A stretch of 64,000 bases of DNA from Octopus vulgaris (Eukaryota): positions 35,092,001-35,156,000 of the forward strand of contig OX597839.1 of the NCBI GenBank assembly GCA_951406725.2, in the 5' to 3' direction. Shown here in pieces: positions 12,086 through 24,432 of this stretch. The translations under genes and the position numbers were made by a program. Within the stretch, counting starts at the first letter, position 1, and each line of letters starts with the position of its first letter. The notes beneath the pieces were generated by a model. That model did not search any database, had not been told where the DNA came from, and saw nothing but the letters and a program-made list of their open reading frames with translations.

Positions 12086-12174
12086 TTTAGTACAATTGTT
12101 TCATACTAAGAGCAATTTTATTTGAAGCTGCACATATTGCAGCAAATACAAATGTCCAGTATTCATCAGCTAAA
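12086..12174 (-). ncRNA. Type I hammerhead ribozyme motif (canonical core)
   Basis: Minus strand: TTTAG-CTGATGA-ATACT[long loop]AGTAT-GAAA-CAATTG-TA^-CTAAA. Stems I and II pair, and stem III is palindromic. Confidence 0.75.
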
Positions 12175-12396
12175 TCACATATATATATATATATAATTAG
12201 AGATTCAAATATCCTCAGTAAGGGATAAAAAATATCCAATTGATTACTGGTTTATTGCCTATCATTTTGTGAATAGTAATTTTCATAAGATAATAGGTTT
12301 AAGTATAAATCTTGGTTTATAAATATTCAAATTAAAATCCAGAAAATGGAGATGTAGCATTAATATAATTTATTAACTGCAAAAATTTAATATATT

Positions 12397-12454
12397 CTCT
12401 TACAGCTGTTTCGATTTTGCCCAAAGAATTAAGGGCAAAATCTCATCATAGGAG
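12397..12454 (-). ncRNA. Hammerhead-like motif, C3 mutated
   Basis: Minus strand: ctcct-ATGATGA-GATTTTGCCC ttaattcttt GGGCAAAATC-GAAA-CAGCTG-TA^-AGAG. Stem II is a perfect 10 bp. Confidence 0.55.
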
Positions 12455-12729
12455 TTTATGTATATAAGAGTCCATTAGAAAATCTCTGTTAAATTATATG
12501 AACTAAAAAGTATTATTTATGGCCACTTTAATGTGACTGTTTTCTAAGAGACAATGTCACTGTCATTTAACCCCAGGAAGACATCTCCTCCAGCTGGTTC
12601 ATTCAGTGCTCTTCTCATGCTCAATATTTTATTACAAGCGGGAGATGAATCCTGTCACCCTTGTTCCAATACCACCAAACTATGTAGATTCGATCTCTAT
12701 TAGATCTCTTCAGTGGTGGGTACTCGTTG

Positions 12730-12945
12730 CCATCATCATCATCATTGTTCGACCGTGGTCGAGACAATGGAATTTACCATGCTACGCCAGACTTCACGGT
12801 CCATCATAGCATTACGGAGGTCCTGTTGCTGGATGCCTGTATCCCTGGAGATTACATCAGGGTAGGAGAGTGTGCGCCCTCTGGTATTGCGAGTAGATGG
12901 TTTCCAGAGGAGAAGAGTAGAAATTGCCTTGTTGCCAGGCATGGC
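12730..12945 (-). mobile_element. RTE-clade LINE 3' end (ORF2 C-terminus)
   Basis: LLLWKPSTRNTRGRTLSYPDVISRDTG...MMDREVWRSMV, then stop and a (GAT)n tail. Confidence 0.75.
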
Positions 12946-13076
12946 AGCAGTTTCACCTTACCCGTGATATATAGAAAACAGAGTGTCGTACAATCAGTGA
13001 TTTTGTAACAAGGAAACCAGTCTGCTAAAAAATCTCTGTTTGAAATAGAAGCAATCATAAGACACATATACACATG

Positions 13077-13077
<1 letters not shown>

Positions 13078-13107
<30 letters not shown>

Positions 13108-14212
13108 GTTTAGCGTCCGCTTTCCATGCTGGCATGGGTTGGACGGTTCAACTGGGGTCTGGGAAGCCAGAAGGCTGCACCAGGCCCAGTCTGATCTGGC
13201 AATGTTTCTACGGCTGGATGCCCTTCCTAACGCCAACCACTCCGTGAGTGTAGTGGGTGCTTTTTAAGTTCCACCGGCACAGGTGCCAGACGAGGCTGGC
13301 AAACGGCCACGATCGGATGGTGCTTTTTATGTGCCACCGGCACGGGGGCCAGGCGAGGCTGGCAATGGCCACAATCGGATGGTGCTTTTTATGTGCCACC
13401 AGCACGGGGGCCAAGTGAGGCTGGCAATGGCCATGATCGGATGCTGCTTTTTATGTGCCACCAGCACGGGGACCAGGTGAGGCTGGCAACGGCCACAATC
13501 GGATGGTGCTTTTTATGTGCCACCGGCACGGGGGCCAGGCGAGGCTGGCAATGGCCATGATCGGATGGTGCTTTATACATGCCACCGGCACAGGTGCAAG
13601 ACGAGGCTGGCAAACGGCCACGATCGGATGGTGCTTTTTATGTGCCAGTGGCACAGGGGCCAGGCGAGGCTGGCAAACGGCCATGATCGGATGGTGCTTT
13701 ATACATGCCACCGGCACAGGTGCAAAACGAGGCTGGCAAACGGCCACGATCGGATGGTGCTTTTTATGTGCCACCGGCACGGGGGCCAGGCGAGGCTGGC
13801 AATGGCCACAATCGGATGGTGCTTTTTATGTGCCACCAGCACGGGGGCCAAGTGAGGCTGGAAATGGCCATGATCGGATGCTGCTTTTTATGTGCCACCA
13901 GCACGGGGACCAGGTGAAGCTGGCAACGGCCACAATCGGATGGTGCTTTTTATGTGCCACCGGCACGGGGGCCAGGCGAGGCTGGCAATGGCCATGATCG
14001 GATGGTGCTTTTTATGTGCCACCAGCACGGGGGCCAGGCGAGGCTGGCAACAGCCACGATCGGATGGTGCTTTATACATGCCACCGGCACAGGTGCAAGA
14101 CGAGGCTGGCAAACGGCCACGATCGGATGGTGCTTTTTATGTGCCAGTGGCACAGGGGCCAGGCGAGGCTGGCAAACGGCCATGATCTGATGGTGCTTTT
14201 TACGTGCCACTA
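13078..14212 (-). mobile_element. RTE-type LINE 3' UTR with expanded 62-63-bp minisatellite (~15 units)
   Basis: (CAT)n tail and RTE terminal sequence, then ggtgctttttatgtgccacc recurring every 62-63 bp from ~13256 to ~14192. Confidence 0.9.
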
Positions 14213-14615
14213 GACGCACATATTCAAAAGCAATTGTTTCCACCCCTCTCCATCATCTTTATTAATCTACCGTGTAAAATCATAGAGTGAGAGTTCAAAT
14301 CTGATGCAAGTTATTGATCCCATATTGTAGTGCTGTTTCCCTCTCACACGGTCCCAGTCATGTGCCGCAACATGTTTCGGTATAGTTCTGTTTCATCAGT
14401 GCAAATCACGGCTCCTGTTTACCAAACAACACCTGACCAGTTTGAATGAACTTCCCCGGTGAAAAACATTTCAACCTTACACACACACACATGTACATAT
14501 GTGTGTATTTATAGATATAGATAGATAGGTAGATAGATTGATAGATAAATAGATCTTTATGTTTAAGTGTGTGTACATGAGTATATATATATATATATAC
14601 ATATGAGTATACACC

Positions 14616-14676
<61 letters not shown>

Positions 14677-15094
14677 ATACATACATACATACATACATGT
14701 ATGCATATATAGATGCATATAGATATATACATGTGTGTATGTCTCTCTCTCTCTCTGTATATATACATACACACATATATATATACCTATATATATATAC
14801 ATATATATATATATATACATACATATATATACATATATGTATATGTGTGTGTGTGTTTGTATATACATATATGTAACAAAAATCAAAGTGGATGACCGAT
14901 TATTGCAGGCCAAGTACCTTTATCGTTGGAATACAAAATACATAGAATGTTCATTGAGATCTTAAGTTTGCAATCTTACAGAAAGGCTTTCTGGAATGGA
15001 AAAAATTTTGGAGTAAAACAGTTTTACTTGACATCTTCTTCCATTTCACAAAGCCTTTCCGTATCATTGCAAACTTTTTAAAAATTACTATGAC

Positions 15095-15500
15095 ATTTAC
15101 TCTTTTACTCTCTTACTCGTTTCAGCCATTTGACTGTGGCCATGCTGGAGCACTGCCTTTAGTTGAGCAAATCGATCCCCCAGGACCTATTCTTTGTAAG
15201 CCTGGTACTTATTCTACTGGCCTCTTTTGCCGAACAGCTAAGTTACGGGGACATAAACACACCAGCATTGGTTGTCAAGCGATGTTGGGGGGACAAACAC
15301 AGACACACACTCACACACACACACACATAAGTATACATATATACGACGGGCTTCTTTCAGTTTCCGTCTACCAAATCCATTCACAAGGCATTGGTCGGCC
15401 CGAAGCTATAGTAGAAGACACTTGCCCAACAAGCCACGCAGTGGGACTGAACCTGGAACCATGTGTTTCATAAGCAAGCTACTTACCACACAGCCTCTCC
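15095..15500 (-). mobile_element. SINE family A
   Basis: Colinear with 3320-3720. Confidence 0.85.
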
Positions 15501-15624
15501 TATATATATATCATCATCGTCATCGTTTAACATCTGCTTTCCATGCTTGGTTGGATGGTTTGATTGTGGGCTGGCGAACCAGATATATATATATATATAT
15601 GTATCTATGTATATATGTATATAG

Positions 15625-15669
<45 letters not shown>

Positions 15670-15994
15670 CATTCTTTTATTCTTTTCTTTCAGACCTAAG
15701 GTTATAACCATGCTCACACACGTACACGCACATATATATACATATATATATATATATGTGTGTATATATCTGATGTATATCACATACATGCTTATGCATA
15801 CCTGGAAGAGAGAATCACAAAGACAACACATATTTTGTGTTCCCAGCATCCTTTTCCTGGTATCCATGTCTAGACAGGTCACAGAGTACTCATGAGAAGA
15901 AATGAAAACGGAGATACGCGACACAATTGTTTTAATTACGTCAGCTTCACGTAATTAAGAATATTTTTCGAGAATACATCCTGCTTCATTTCAT

Positions 15995-16434
15995 ACTCTT
16001 TACTCTTTTACTCTTTTACTTGTTTCAGTCATTTGACTGCGGCCATGCTGGAGCGCCGCCTTTTAGTCGAGCAAATCGACCCCCAGGACTTATTCTTTGT
16101 AAGCCTGGTACTTATTCTATCGGTCTCCTTTTTGCCGAACCGCTAAGTTACAGGGACGTAAACATACCAGCATCGGTTGTCAAGCGATGTTGGGGGGATA
16201 AACACAGACACACAAACACACACACACATCATTCAAAATGTAACCGCGTGTGTACCGTTGGGGATTTTTTTTTTTCCTCTGTCTTCCCTTCTCTGGATCT
16301 TTCCTTCTCCTATGTTTCCGACGAAGAGCTCCGCTCGAAACGTTAAACCTTCCTTCTTTCCTAAGCGTCCAATAATACTATATTTGTTCCACATCCTCGC
16401 TTTGTTATGTCTTTTTGTGCTTTCTTGTTTGGAT

Positions 16435-16489
<55 letters not shown>

Positions 16490-16650
16490 GACAGGCTTCT
16501 TTCAGTTTCCATCTACCTATTCCACTCATAAGGCTTTGGTCGGCCCGAGGCTATAGTAGAAAACACTTGCCCAAGGTGCCACGCAGTGGGACTGAAACCG
16601 GAACCGTGTGGTTGGTAAGCAAGCTACTTACCACACAGCCACTCCTACGC
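15995..16650 (-). mobile_element. SINE family A interrupted in its internal microsatellite by a Penelope-like remnant (16230-16440)
   Basis: SINE halves at 15995-16228 and 16488-16650. The insert matches 21020-21215. Confidence 0.8.
16314..16348 (+). ncRNA. Minimal hammerhead motif, U4C variant
   Basis: GTTT-CCGACGA-A-GAGC tcc GCTC-GAAA-CG-TT^-AAAC. Confidence 0.6.
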
Positions 16651-16942
16651 CTATACATGTATATACGTGTATATCATCATCATTACCACCATCACCATCG
16701 TCGTCATCGTCATTTAGCGTTTGTTTTCTATGCTGGCATGGGTGGATGTTTTGATCACAGAGCTGGTAAGGCCAGGGGCAGACTGCACTACATTCCACTA
16801 TGTATTCTGGGGTCAAGGATTTCACGGTTGGATGTCCTTCCAAATGCTAAACCCTTCACAAAGTGCACTGAGTGACCTTTATTTGTGATACTACCACCAA
16901 TATAGGTATGTGTGTGAGTGTGAATTTATATATGTATATATG

Positions 16943-16973
<31 letters not shown>

Positions 16974-16983
16974 CATACATATA

Positions 16984-17015
<32 letters not shown>

Positions 17016-17381
17016 CATATATACATATGTATATATTTATCAAGTAGTCACCCTGAATTTATTGTATATATATATATATATAAATGCACATATATATCTA
17101 CATATATATATATATATATATAGTATATCACACACACATATGTATAGGTATATATATATATAGATAGATACATGTGTGCACATATATATCTATATATATA
17201 TATACACATATGTATAGGTATATATATACATATATATACACTCATATATATATATATATATACACATAAATATCTATATATATAATATATATACATGTAT
17301 ATATATGTATATATACATATAAATACCTATATGTAAAACATATATACATGTATATATATATATATACATATATACACATAG

Positions 17382-17420
<39 letters not shown>

Positions 17421-17791
17421 CATCCATATATATATACATCATCATCATAGTCGTTTAATGTCTGTTTTCCGTGCTAGCACGGGTTGTTCGGTTTGACCGG
17501 GGTCTGGGAAGATCTTATATGAAATGATGCTGTGGATTTCACTTTCAGGTCAGTTGTAGAAATTTAAAAAACTAAAAAGCAAAGGCAACCGTGAATGACC
17601 GCACGATACTTCTAGTTTTAATAAAACTAGAACAAAAGCAACTGACCTAAACCAAATTGACCTAAGCTGACCTTTTCATTTCCAGGAAACAAGCAATTTA
17701 GGTCAGCTTAGGACAATTTAAATGTCCGGTTGTTTTTGTTCAATTCTGATTGCATGGTTGTTTTATGGTTTTATTTAATGAAATTTCAGTC

Positions 17792-18140
17792 AGGGCAGGA
17801 GTAGCTGTGTGGTAAGAAGCTTGCTTTCCAACCACATGGTTTTGGGTTCAGTCCCACTGTGTGGCACCTTGGGCAAGTGTCTTCTACTATAGCCTCATGC
17901 CAACCAAAGCCATTTGGTAGATGGAAACTGAAAGAAGCCCATCATGTACATATGTGTGTGTGTGTCCCCCTTGCTTGACAACCAATGTTCTTGTGTTTAT
18001 GTCCCCGTAACATGGCAGTTCAGCAAAAGAGACTGATAGAGTAAGTACTAGGCTCATAAGGAATAAGTACTGGGGTCGATTTGTTTGACTAAAGACGATT
18101 CTCCAGCATGGCTACAGTCAAATGACTGAAACAAGTAAAA
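17792..18140 (+). mobile_element. SINE family A (diverged)
   Basis: Head, CORE-like segment and tail all recognisable. Confidence 0.8.
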
Positions 18141-18245
18141 AAGGGTAAAACAAAATACCACTATAAAACATATAATTTGATCCCTTTTTTTAAATATTTT
18201 ACTTTCATTATCATTTTTTGATTCATTGTAAGTCACCTTATTGTT

Positions 18246-19227
18246 TTAACCCTTTTGTTACCCTATTTCTGTTGAGATGCTCTGTGTTTCTTTCAATTAA
18301 TTTTAAATATAACAAAGAATTTAGTAAAATAACTTAGTTACCATTCAGCTAGTGTTAAGAACATAAATTGTGAGTAAGGTTTGGTGGAAGATTTTAATTC
18401 AAAACTTATAAAAACAAGACATTTGTAGTACAGAGCCAGAATTGGTTTCAGTCAGGTTGGTAATGAAAGGGTTAAGAATTGTTTCTCTATTATATATTTT
18501 AACCTTTTTGTTACCCTATTTCGGTTGAGTTGCTCTGTGTTTCTTTTAATTAATTTTAAATATAACAAAGAATTTAGTAAAATAACTTAGTTATCATTAA
18601 GCTAGTGTTAGGAACATAAATTGTGACTAAGGTTTGGTGGAAGATTTTAATTCAAAACTTATGGAAACAAGACATTTGTAATCAGACCCGGTTTCAGCCA
18701 GGTTGGTATCAAAAGAGTTAAGAATTGTTTCTCTATTATATATTTTAACCCTTTCGCTACTGTGTTTATCTTGAGATGCTCTGTGTTTCTTTCAATTACT
18801 TGAAAATCTAACAAAGAATTTAGTAAAATAACTTAGTTATCATTCAGCTAGTGTTAGGAACATAAATTTTGACTTAGGTTTGGTGGAAGATTTTAATTCA
18901 AAACTTATGAAAACAAGACATTTGTACTACAGAGCCAGGGCTGGTTTCAGCTGGGTTGGTATCGAAAGGGTTAAGAATTGTTTCTCTATTATATATTTTA
19001 ACCTTTTTGTTACCCTATTTCGGTTGAGTTGCTCTGTGTTTCTTTTAATTAATTTTAAATATAACAAAGAATTTAGTAAAATAATTTAGTTATCATTAAG
19101 CTGGTTTTAGGAACATGAATTGTGACTAAGGTTTGGTGGAAGATTTTAATTCAAAACTTTTGAAAACAAGACATTTGTACTACAGAGCCAGGGGCAGTTT
19201 CAGCCAGGTTGGTAACAAAAGGGTCAA
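18246..19227. mobile_element. Tandem array of four piggyBac-type MITEs (~250-bp period)
   Basis: Each unit runs TTAA|CC(C)TTT..TTACC ... GGT...AAAGGG|TTAA, separated by the spacer gaattgtttctctattatatatt. Confidence 0.8.
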
Positions 19228-19453
19228 ATGAGATGAATTCTACATTGTTAATCAGTTCCTTACGTAGACAAGTAACTCACTAAAACTACCAAAATGTCTT
19301 TTAATCGAAATATGCAAAACAGATATTAGAAAAACGAGGTACCTTTTGACAAATCACCTGGTGAGACACTTCTCAACCTTCGATGCACAACACCTGTGTG
19401 TACAGCATCTCAGCAGGGAGATAAAGATACCCAACCTGTTGAAACAATTGTAA

Positions 19454-19894
19454 TCTCTATATATAATCTCTACAGCGGCGGTGCCCCAGCATGGCCGCGG
19501 CCTTCGGGCTAAAACATTTTTAAGGATTTAAGGATATATAAATGGCAAAATGTCTGTGTGTGTGTCCTTTATACAAATCCACAATTTTTCAGTTAAAGGG
19601 TTCGCACTTTCTATGGTCATTCAAAACCGTCCAAGGGTGGTCGTGCACATCCTTACATTTCCCCAGTCACCCCATTAAAAAGCCATTAAAAAAATCAATA
19701 GAAGTGACATTTTTGTGAATTTTCTATCCAAAACCCAATCAAAATGCCCGAAACTTGATACGCCGATTGAATGCCAGCTAGCTGTATGTGATTGGTTGGA
19801 GATTTGGACAGGACTTGCGTGTATGTGCACATGCACACAGCTGTATATGCATGCACTAGCACTATGGCCCGGCAACGCCGGGTCATAGTGCTAG
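19454..19894 (+). mobile_element. Non-autonomous Helitron
   Basis: 5' A|TCTCTATATATAA. 3' GC-rich hairpin gcactatggcccggc-aac-gccgggtcatagtgc ending CTAG|T. A ~75-bp insert flanked by atatataa repeats lies near the 5' end. Confidence 0.7.
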
Positions 19895-20284
19895 TGAATA
19901 ATAAAACATCTTGTGAATTACAGTTTCTTTCTCTCATATATTTTATAAACTTGACAGACACAAAGGAAATTCCTGAAGTAAATCCAGTGGCACATAACCA
20001 CATACTGTTGTTGACATCAGATAGCCAAATACTGTGGACAGGCTTTAAATGGCACACTACAAGGACTCTACCCAAATATTAATTCTTAATTATACACACA
20101 CACACACATATGTATATGTGTGTGTGTGTAGAAATCTTTCCAGATCAGATTGGAGCCTGGTACAACCTTCTGGCTTGCCTGTCTTCTGTTAAACCGTCCA
20201 ACCCATGCCAGCATGGAAAGTAAATGATGATGTATGTGTGTGTGTGTGTGTGTGTATATATACATACATATATATATATATATA

Positions 20285-20648
20285 CTAGCAGTATCAACAG
20301 GCGTTGCTCGGGTTTGTAAGGGAAATAACTATAAAGCATTTTTAGAGAGTTATAGCCAAAAAATGGGAAAAAAATTATGGTAAATTTTTTTGAGAGTTAA
20401 AAAGGTCGAGTTGCGTCCCCTAGACAGTCTGTGGTTTGTGTTTCTGATTCTCGACCCCATATCGAATTTATCGATTTTTTTCAGAACTGGGGGAACTTTT
20501 CAAAATTTTCGCTGCGTTAGTTTTGAATTATGACATTGGGCTATGTGTGTGTCAAGTTTCATCAGAATCGGTTGAAAGCCATGGTCAGGGTGAGGGTACA
20601 ACATGACAGACACACACACACAGACAAACTGCCGTTTATATATAGAGA
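20285..20648 (-). mobile_element. Non-autonomous Helitron
   Basis: Minus strand starts TCTCTATATATAAACGGCAG and ends ...ccgagcaacgcc...ctgCTAG|T. Near-identical copy at 30643-31016. Confidence 0.8.
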
Positions 20649-20854
20649 TATATATATATAAAAATAATCACCGCATTTCGAATTATATGGATAATACCAT
20701 ACTAAATTCTGGTGTCTTTAACTTAAGTACCATATTCAACTAAATCTAAATTTCATTGAACTTTATATATGTATATGTATATATATCAGAATTTTTTGCG
20801 TAATAAGATAAAAAACCAAGGCTGTATAGATATTAGAGCATTTATAGATAGAAG

Positions 20855-20907
20855 GTCTTAACAGCTGTTTCTAGGATAGTAATTAATAATATCCCTTCAT
20901 CGGAGAC
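20855..20907 (-). ncRNA. Hammerhead-like motif, U4C variant
   Basis: Minus strand: GTCT-CCGATGA-A-GGGATA[loop]TATCCT-a-GAAA-CAGCTG-TT-a-AGAC. Confidence 0.5.
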
Positions 20908-21019
20908 GGTGTGAGAGGATGGTTAAGCCATAGTTTAGATTACCTGACACCTTTGAGTTTCAATGACACCATTATCTCTTATAACATATATCTAAATATA
21001 TATATATATATATATATAT

Positions 21020-21215
21020 AAAGTTAATCCAAACAAGAAAGCACAAAAAAACACAACAACACGAGGACGTGGAACAAATATAGTATTATTGGACGCTCAG
21101 GAAAGAAGGATGGTTTAACGTTTCGAGCGGAGCTCTTCGTCGGAAACATAGAAGGAAAGATCCAGAGAAGAGAAGACAGAGGAAAAAAAAGATCACCAAT
21201 GGTACACACGCGGTC
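21020..21215 (-). mobile_element. Penelope-like remnant with minimal hammerhead (21113-21147)
   Basis: The motif is the exact reverse complement of 16314-16348; abuts (TA)n. Confidence 0.65.
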
Positions 21216-21570
21216 ATAAAGGAAGAAAGAAGGAAATGGAGATTTTAAAAATTAATAAGAGTTTATTATCAGCAACAAATCAATAATTATCCCTTACATC
21301 TGTTTCAATGATAGACTGTGAACTTGATTAAATATTACATTGTGTGCATAATCTCTTTAGGGAGAAAAGAAATATACCCCTAGATATTATGTATGTTTGT
21401 TTGTAATTTCTATTTTCTTCTTTTTTTCCTTCCCCTGAATATAAACTACAGTTTATATTCAAACCTATTATTTTAAGGAAATCAATTCCTCCAAAAATAT
21501 TAGGCATTGAACCAGTATTTCTTTGGATGGCACCATCCCTTCATGAGGCTAACATAACCTCTAACTGAAT

Positions 21571-21603
<33 letters not shown>

Positions 21604-21865
21604 AGGGAGGTGTATATGTGGTGTGTCTATGTATGCATAAATGTATATGTATATATGTATGTTTTTGTCTATCATATTTATTTACAAAGCATCGGTTGGC
21701 TGCAGGCTATTGTAGAAAGCACTTACCCAAACTGCCATACACTGAGATTGAACCTGAAACCATGTTGTTACAAAGCATACCACTTACCTACACAGCTGCA
21801 TCTACATCTTTAAAGAAGAAAAAAAACTTCTATAATATTGGCAATATTTATGCAAGATTCACTAC

Positions 21866-22007
21866 TTACATTATTTACATTTGACGGATATTTGTCCTCA
21901 TCTTGTTTGTTGTTAACACAACGTTTCGGCTGATGTACTCTCCAGCCTTCATCAGGTGTCTTGGGAAAATTTTAAACCAGGGTTCTAATTCCTAAGGTAT
22001 TTCTCGA

Positions 22008-22042
<35 letters not shown>

Positions 22043-22140
22043 CCACTGGCTGGAGTCGAACTGGAGGGTATATCAGCCGAAACGTTGTGTTAACAACAAA
22101 CAAGATGAGGACAAATATCCATCGAATGTAAATAATGTAA
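21866..22140. mobile_element. Penelope-like remnant with inverted ~80-bp repeat
   Basis: 21866-21945 is the reverse complement of 22061-22140 with few mismatches. Confidence 0.7.
21915..21960 (-). ncRNA. Minimal type I hammerhead ribozyme motif (canonical core)
   Basis: Minus strand: GACAC-CTGATGA-A-GGCTG gagagtacat CAGCC-GAAA-CG-TT^-GTGTT. Confidence 0.75.
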
Positions 22141-23687
22141 ATAGTTTACATGGTTCCCCATCTCTTAAATAAAGAACCGTTTTATGCAAGATGTTCTTAA
22201 AATACACTTTTTTCAAGTATAACATTTCTGTTACAGTATTTCAGTTGAAATACTCTACCTTTGCTTCAATTTATTCCAAAAATAACGAAGGATTTAGTAA
22301 AATAGCTTGGAAACTGTTAATCTGGTATTTAGAACATAAATTAACATAAATTAACATAGATTAACATAAATTTTTGATCAAAGGTTTTAATTTAGATTAT
22401 TTATAGTGTTAATCACTTGCTCTTTACTTCCTCTTCTCTTCCATTTTACACTTCATAATCAAATTATTTGGTACTTTTCTCCCATAATTTTTCTGCCTCA
22501 AACTAATGAAACTCTAATTGTGGTAAATCGTTAAGCTATCATATCATATTTTCCAGTCCAGCAGAACCTTCTTTTTTTCTTTTAACCTTTCCTCCAACTA
22601 TGAAGTTATAATCTCTGGCCATTCTTTTCCTCAGAAATGCAATTTATATTTCTTCTCCATTCACTCCGACTCCGACTGTGCAGGAATCAAGGACACTTTT
22701 GGTTAATTCATTTTCAATGATGAAAAAAAAATGTTTTAGCTATTAATATTTGTGTACATAACATGGTTATGTCAATTCTAGCCAATTTTAACAAATTCAT
22801 TTAATATTTGCATGTTAGTGTAAAAGAATTTAATCGGCACCACGAGAGTTAAATGTTAACCTAACAGAACCCCAACCGTTTTATTGAGGAATTCTAAAAA
22901 TAAAGAAGGATTTAGTAAAATAACTTTGAAATTATTGATCTGGTATTCGGAACACGAATTAGCATGCAACTTTGATGGAGGGTTTTAATTTTAATCATTT
23001 TAACCCATTTGTTACCGTTTTTCTGTTGAAATACTCTGACTTTGTTTCAATTAATTTTGTAAATAATGAAGAATTTATTTAAATAACTTTGTTGTTATTA
23101 AGATGGTATTTGAAACATGAAATTTTGATGCAGTGTTTTAAATTAGATCACTTTAACCCTTTTGTTACCATATTTGTGCCGAAATACACTGCGTTTGTTA
23201 CAATTTTGAAAATAAGAAGAATTTAATAAAAATAACTTTGTCGTTATTAACATGATCTTTTGAAGCATAAATTAACATGAAATCTTGGCAGACGGTTTTG
23301 ATTTAGATCCCTTTAAAGAGTCGGTCCCTTTACAGGCAGGACCCAAAATGTCATCATTATTCTTTGTCGTTTCTCTTCTGAAAAACAAATGAAAGCAAAA
23401 ATTATTATAAACCATAATTTTGATTTTGATTTTCCAGTTTCAGCTAATGAACTGTGGCCATGCTGGGGCAATTATTTCAGTCTTCACCCAAAATTCTTTA
23501 TAATTTTTACTCTTGTCTTCCACTACAATGTTAAATTATGAAACAGAATGATGGCCTCTTTCGGTGCTTCAATGAGTGATGGTTTGGCAAGAGACAGCTG
23601 TGCCATATAGGATTGTGAAAAATGACCATCACCCAAAGGTGGCCTGTCGTTGCTTCTTTCCATGATGCCAGTGAACTTATGAGGAAC

Positions 23688-24432
23688 TGGCCGTCCATTG
23701 GTTACGACGACGAGGGTTCCAGTTGAACAGATCAATGGAATAGCCCCCTTGTGAAATTAACATGAAAATGGCTGAATACTCCACAGACACGTGTACCCTT
23801 AATGTAGTTCTCAGGGAGATTTAGCATGACACAGAACATGAAAAGGCTGACCCCTTAAGGTGGCGAGCTGGCAGAAACGTTAGCACGCCGGGCAAAATGC
23901 TTCGCGATAATTTGTCTGCTGCTACGTTCTGAGTTCAAATTCTGCTCAGGTCGACTTTGCCTTTCATTCTTTCGGGGTCGATTAAATAAGTACCAGTTAT
24001 GCACTGGGGTCAATATAATCGACTTAATCCGTTTGTCCTTGTTTGTCCCCTCTGTGTTTAGCCCCTTGTGGGTAGTAAAGAAATAGGTATTTCGTCTGCT
24101 GCTACATTCTGAGTTCAAATTCCGTCGAGGTCGACTTTGCCTTTCATCCTTTCGGGGGTTGATTAAATAAGTACCAGTTACGCACTGGGGTCGATATAAT
24201 CGACTTAATCTGTTTGTCTGTCCTAGTTTGTCCCCTCTATGTTTATCCCCTTGTGGGTAGTAAAGAAATAAGGCTGATCCCTTTGAATTTACAGGTACGA
24301 CTCATTTTTGCCAGCTGAATGGACTGAAGCAACGTGAAATAAAGTGTCTTGCTCAAGGACACAATGTGTCGCCGAGAATTGAACTCACGACCTTACGATC
24401 GTCAGCTGAATACGCTGACCCTCTGAGCCACA
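23688..24432 (-). mobile_element. Older CORE/Ceph-like SINE with a nested family B SINE (23857-24270, +)
   Basis: The host has tgtccttgagcaagacact and the 3' module shared with 36420-36560. The nested SINE is flanked by the duplication aaggctga(c/t)ccctt. Confidence 0.7.

Noticed and set aside
13256-14212. CRISPR-like regular repeat array (also 56387-56830)
   Set aside because: No unique spacers: whole units are repeated. It is part of a LINE 3' UTR in eukaryotic DNA, and no cas genes are present.
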